Source of the DNA: Leucoraja erinacea
Taxonomy: Eukaryota
Assembly (NCBI RefSeq): GCF_028641065.1
Contig: NC_073385.1
Coordinates: forward strand, 48,050,001 to 48,114,000
DNA: 64,000 nt
Direction: 5' to 3'
How positions within the stretch are numbered: the first letter of the stretch is position 1; each line of letters opens with the position of its first letter. The notes under the pieces were generated by a model. It did not search any database. It worked only from the letters and a program-made list of their open reading frames with translations, and was not told the DNA's origin. Both the position numbers and the translations under genes were made by a program. Below, one piece after another: positions 61,756 through 64,000 of the stretch.

Positions 61756-64000
61756 CTGAAGATAAAAATAAATAGGCATTAAGGAATACAAACTGGACCA
61801 AAATATGTGACATTGTGTTGTACGGTTAGAATAAAACTTGACAACTGGAACTGTATCTGCAGCAGAAAATTTGCAGGAGATATTGAAGAACTTTCAATGG
61901 TAGTACATGAGATCATGAAATAGCTGACAAGAAGACATCAATTTGAAAATGTCAGCGCAAGAGCAAGGAGTAAGACTGCTATAAATTCCTTTACACATAG
62001 TGTGGAACATGATCTGCCTGATGTCTGTGGGGATGTTACATGGAAACAGTTTATTTTCCCAGACATTTTTTTTCCCTGCTGGTCAGTTTCTAGAGTAACT
62101 TTTAATTGCATCTCTAATTCCCGATTGAAAATAGCATTTTAACCAACTCAGTCTGTGTAATGTGAATAGTGTTTCCATCAAATCGCAATTATTCACCCAT
62201 CACAAAATGTTCAATTAGCATTATGGAATCACATGTTACAGCACAATCCTTGTAATACATAATTCCATAAATACTGTGCATGCCACATCTTTATAGTCCA
62301 ATCATTTTCATATCCTTACCTTTTCCATGGTTTCCTGAAAATCTATGTAAATTATATTAGCAGTATTCTATTTATCTAATGCCTCTTATTTCATAAGATT
62401 ATTGATCTGTTATTTGGGAATATTTTTGGACTGCCCCCAATTTAACTTTCCCTTTAGCACTTAAGAATTTCCCCCTGTATTGAATTATCCCCGTCTTAGT
62501 TATCAGTATCTGTAACTGGATAAGGATTATTACACCTTGCATCTTTTTCTATTGTAAAGAACAGTGCTGGAGTAACTCACCGGGTTTGTGTCTTTTTGTA
62601 TCCTTTTTACGTTTTTCTTTTTAAAACTTAAGAGTTTACAGTGTTTTCTCCCCAGCTTCCCTCAAAATCTGCTCATGTACACATTGTGTATTAATGATTA
62701 GGCCTCTTAATTTTTTTTTGTATCATCTTCCATTCCATTCCTTACTGCACCTACTTTTTGGGAGTTATACAATCGCAGTAGCCATCACCTCTGAACAACA
62801 GGTAGCAACTTGATTTATCTTGCATTTCACCCAGTTGGCAGTTTCTTATTACTGTCTCTTATCTGGAGGAGATAGTTGAGGCAGGTCCCATTGCAAAGTT
62901 TAAAAACATTTAGACAGGAACATGGATAGGACAGGTTTCAAGGGATATGGGCCAAATGCAGGCAGGTGGGACTAGTGTAGATAGGACATGTTGGCCGGTG
63001 TGGGCAAGTTGGGCCAGCTTCCACACTGTAAGACTTTATGACCATCAGTTCTAACTAGATTGTCCTTTCCCCTACACATGTGTTTTTTGCCCTATTTTTT
63101 GTATTGTTAATTTTCTGTTATATTTCCTTGTTTTAAATGCCATTCTTATCTGTGAATTTAATGTTTGTTTCCTTTCAATTAAGTTTATTTTTCTATTTTC
63201 AAGTTTGTTTGTATCTCCTGGTTCAACCACCAAACCAAAGATGTCTTCCTGCCTTTTCATGCGTCAGTAAATTTAAGAAGGTTCCTTTTCGATCTATTTA
63301 CCCAAAACCCAATCTCATACTAGATTACAAAAATGTACACATTTTTCAGGGGACATTAACAGACATCTGGTCAAGCAATCTGCATCAGTGTTCAAACCTC
63401 TCCTCTTGCCTCCCTCCCATCTTCCCTCTAATCTCGTATGTTGATCCCTTCCTTTTAACTGTATCAACACTACAACCACTCCCTGTGGTAGGAGTTCCAC
63501 ATTTTCACTGCTCTTTTGAAATAAGTTGCTGGTATAAAATGTTTTGATGATAATTAATAGCTGACCCTTCATACTGCTGTCCTCTATTTATGTTCTTCCC
63601 TTCAAGTCGAACGTTCACTCGGCATCTACTCTATCAGAAGCTTTTACATTTAAAAACCTGTTACAGGTCTCAGCCTTTTCTTGTACAAAAATGACTCGGT
63701 GTTCAGCTTTTCGCAGTATGGATGCCCTCACAATTACAGTATTATCTTCATAGGTGTTTTTTGTACGCTCTCTACTAATTCCACACCTTTTGTTATAATG
63801 TGACAGATATAAATGTATGCAGTGCTTCAAGTCTTGTGTAGGAAAAGTTCAAATTTATCCTTCTGGAAATCGGTCTAATGTTTGGTTTGCTTTTTTGTGG
63901 ACTGTTAATCAGTGGTACAATTTGCAGTGTATTTATAATCCATGGTTTAATTTCCTTCTACATCACATAGATGTTATAAGTCATAAGCAATCCTATTCTT

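Noticed and set aside
63190-63260. RQEDIFGLVV as the next upstream ZFYVE26 exon
   Set aside because: Does not match the expected GGKNVE.GFGIAFRVLQ exon, which probably lies beyond 64000.

Overview
Vertebrate genomic DNA. The repeat content (CR1 LINEs with (TTTCTATG)n tails, Penelope-derived inverted repeats, tRNA-derived SINEs) points to a cartilaginous fish, probably a skate or ray; this is an inference. Four spliced genes appear in the order known from human 14q24. ARG2 (+) shows six 3' coding exons, and its first two exons were not found in the window. VTI1B (-) is complete: 6 exons, 223 aa. One RDH11/RDH12-type retinol dehydrogenase (+) lies head-to-head with VTI1B. The last three coding exons of ZFYVE26/spastizin are on the - strand. 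Introns are packed with CR1, L1, Rex1-type and Penelope remnants, Helitrons, MITEs and SINEs. Main observations: (1) the RDH exon carrying the NAD(P)-binding TGxxxGIG motif could not be found, and a fold-back/CR1 junction sits just upstream of the next exon; (2) many Penelope-derived repeats carry a minimal hammerhead ribozyme core; (3) a Helitron carries promoter/first-exon-like cargo; (4) overlapping opposite-strand poly(A) hexamers lie between ARG2 and VTI1B; (5) a ~0.65 kb duplication brackets an L1. All calls were made by eye. Exon boundaries were checked for GT-AG and phase; repeat boundaries are approximate.
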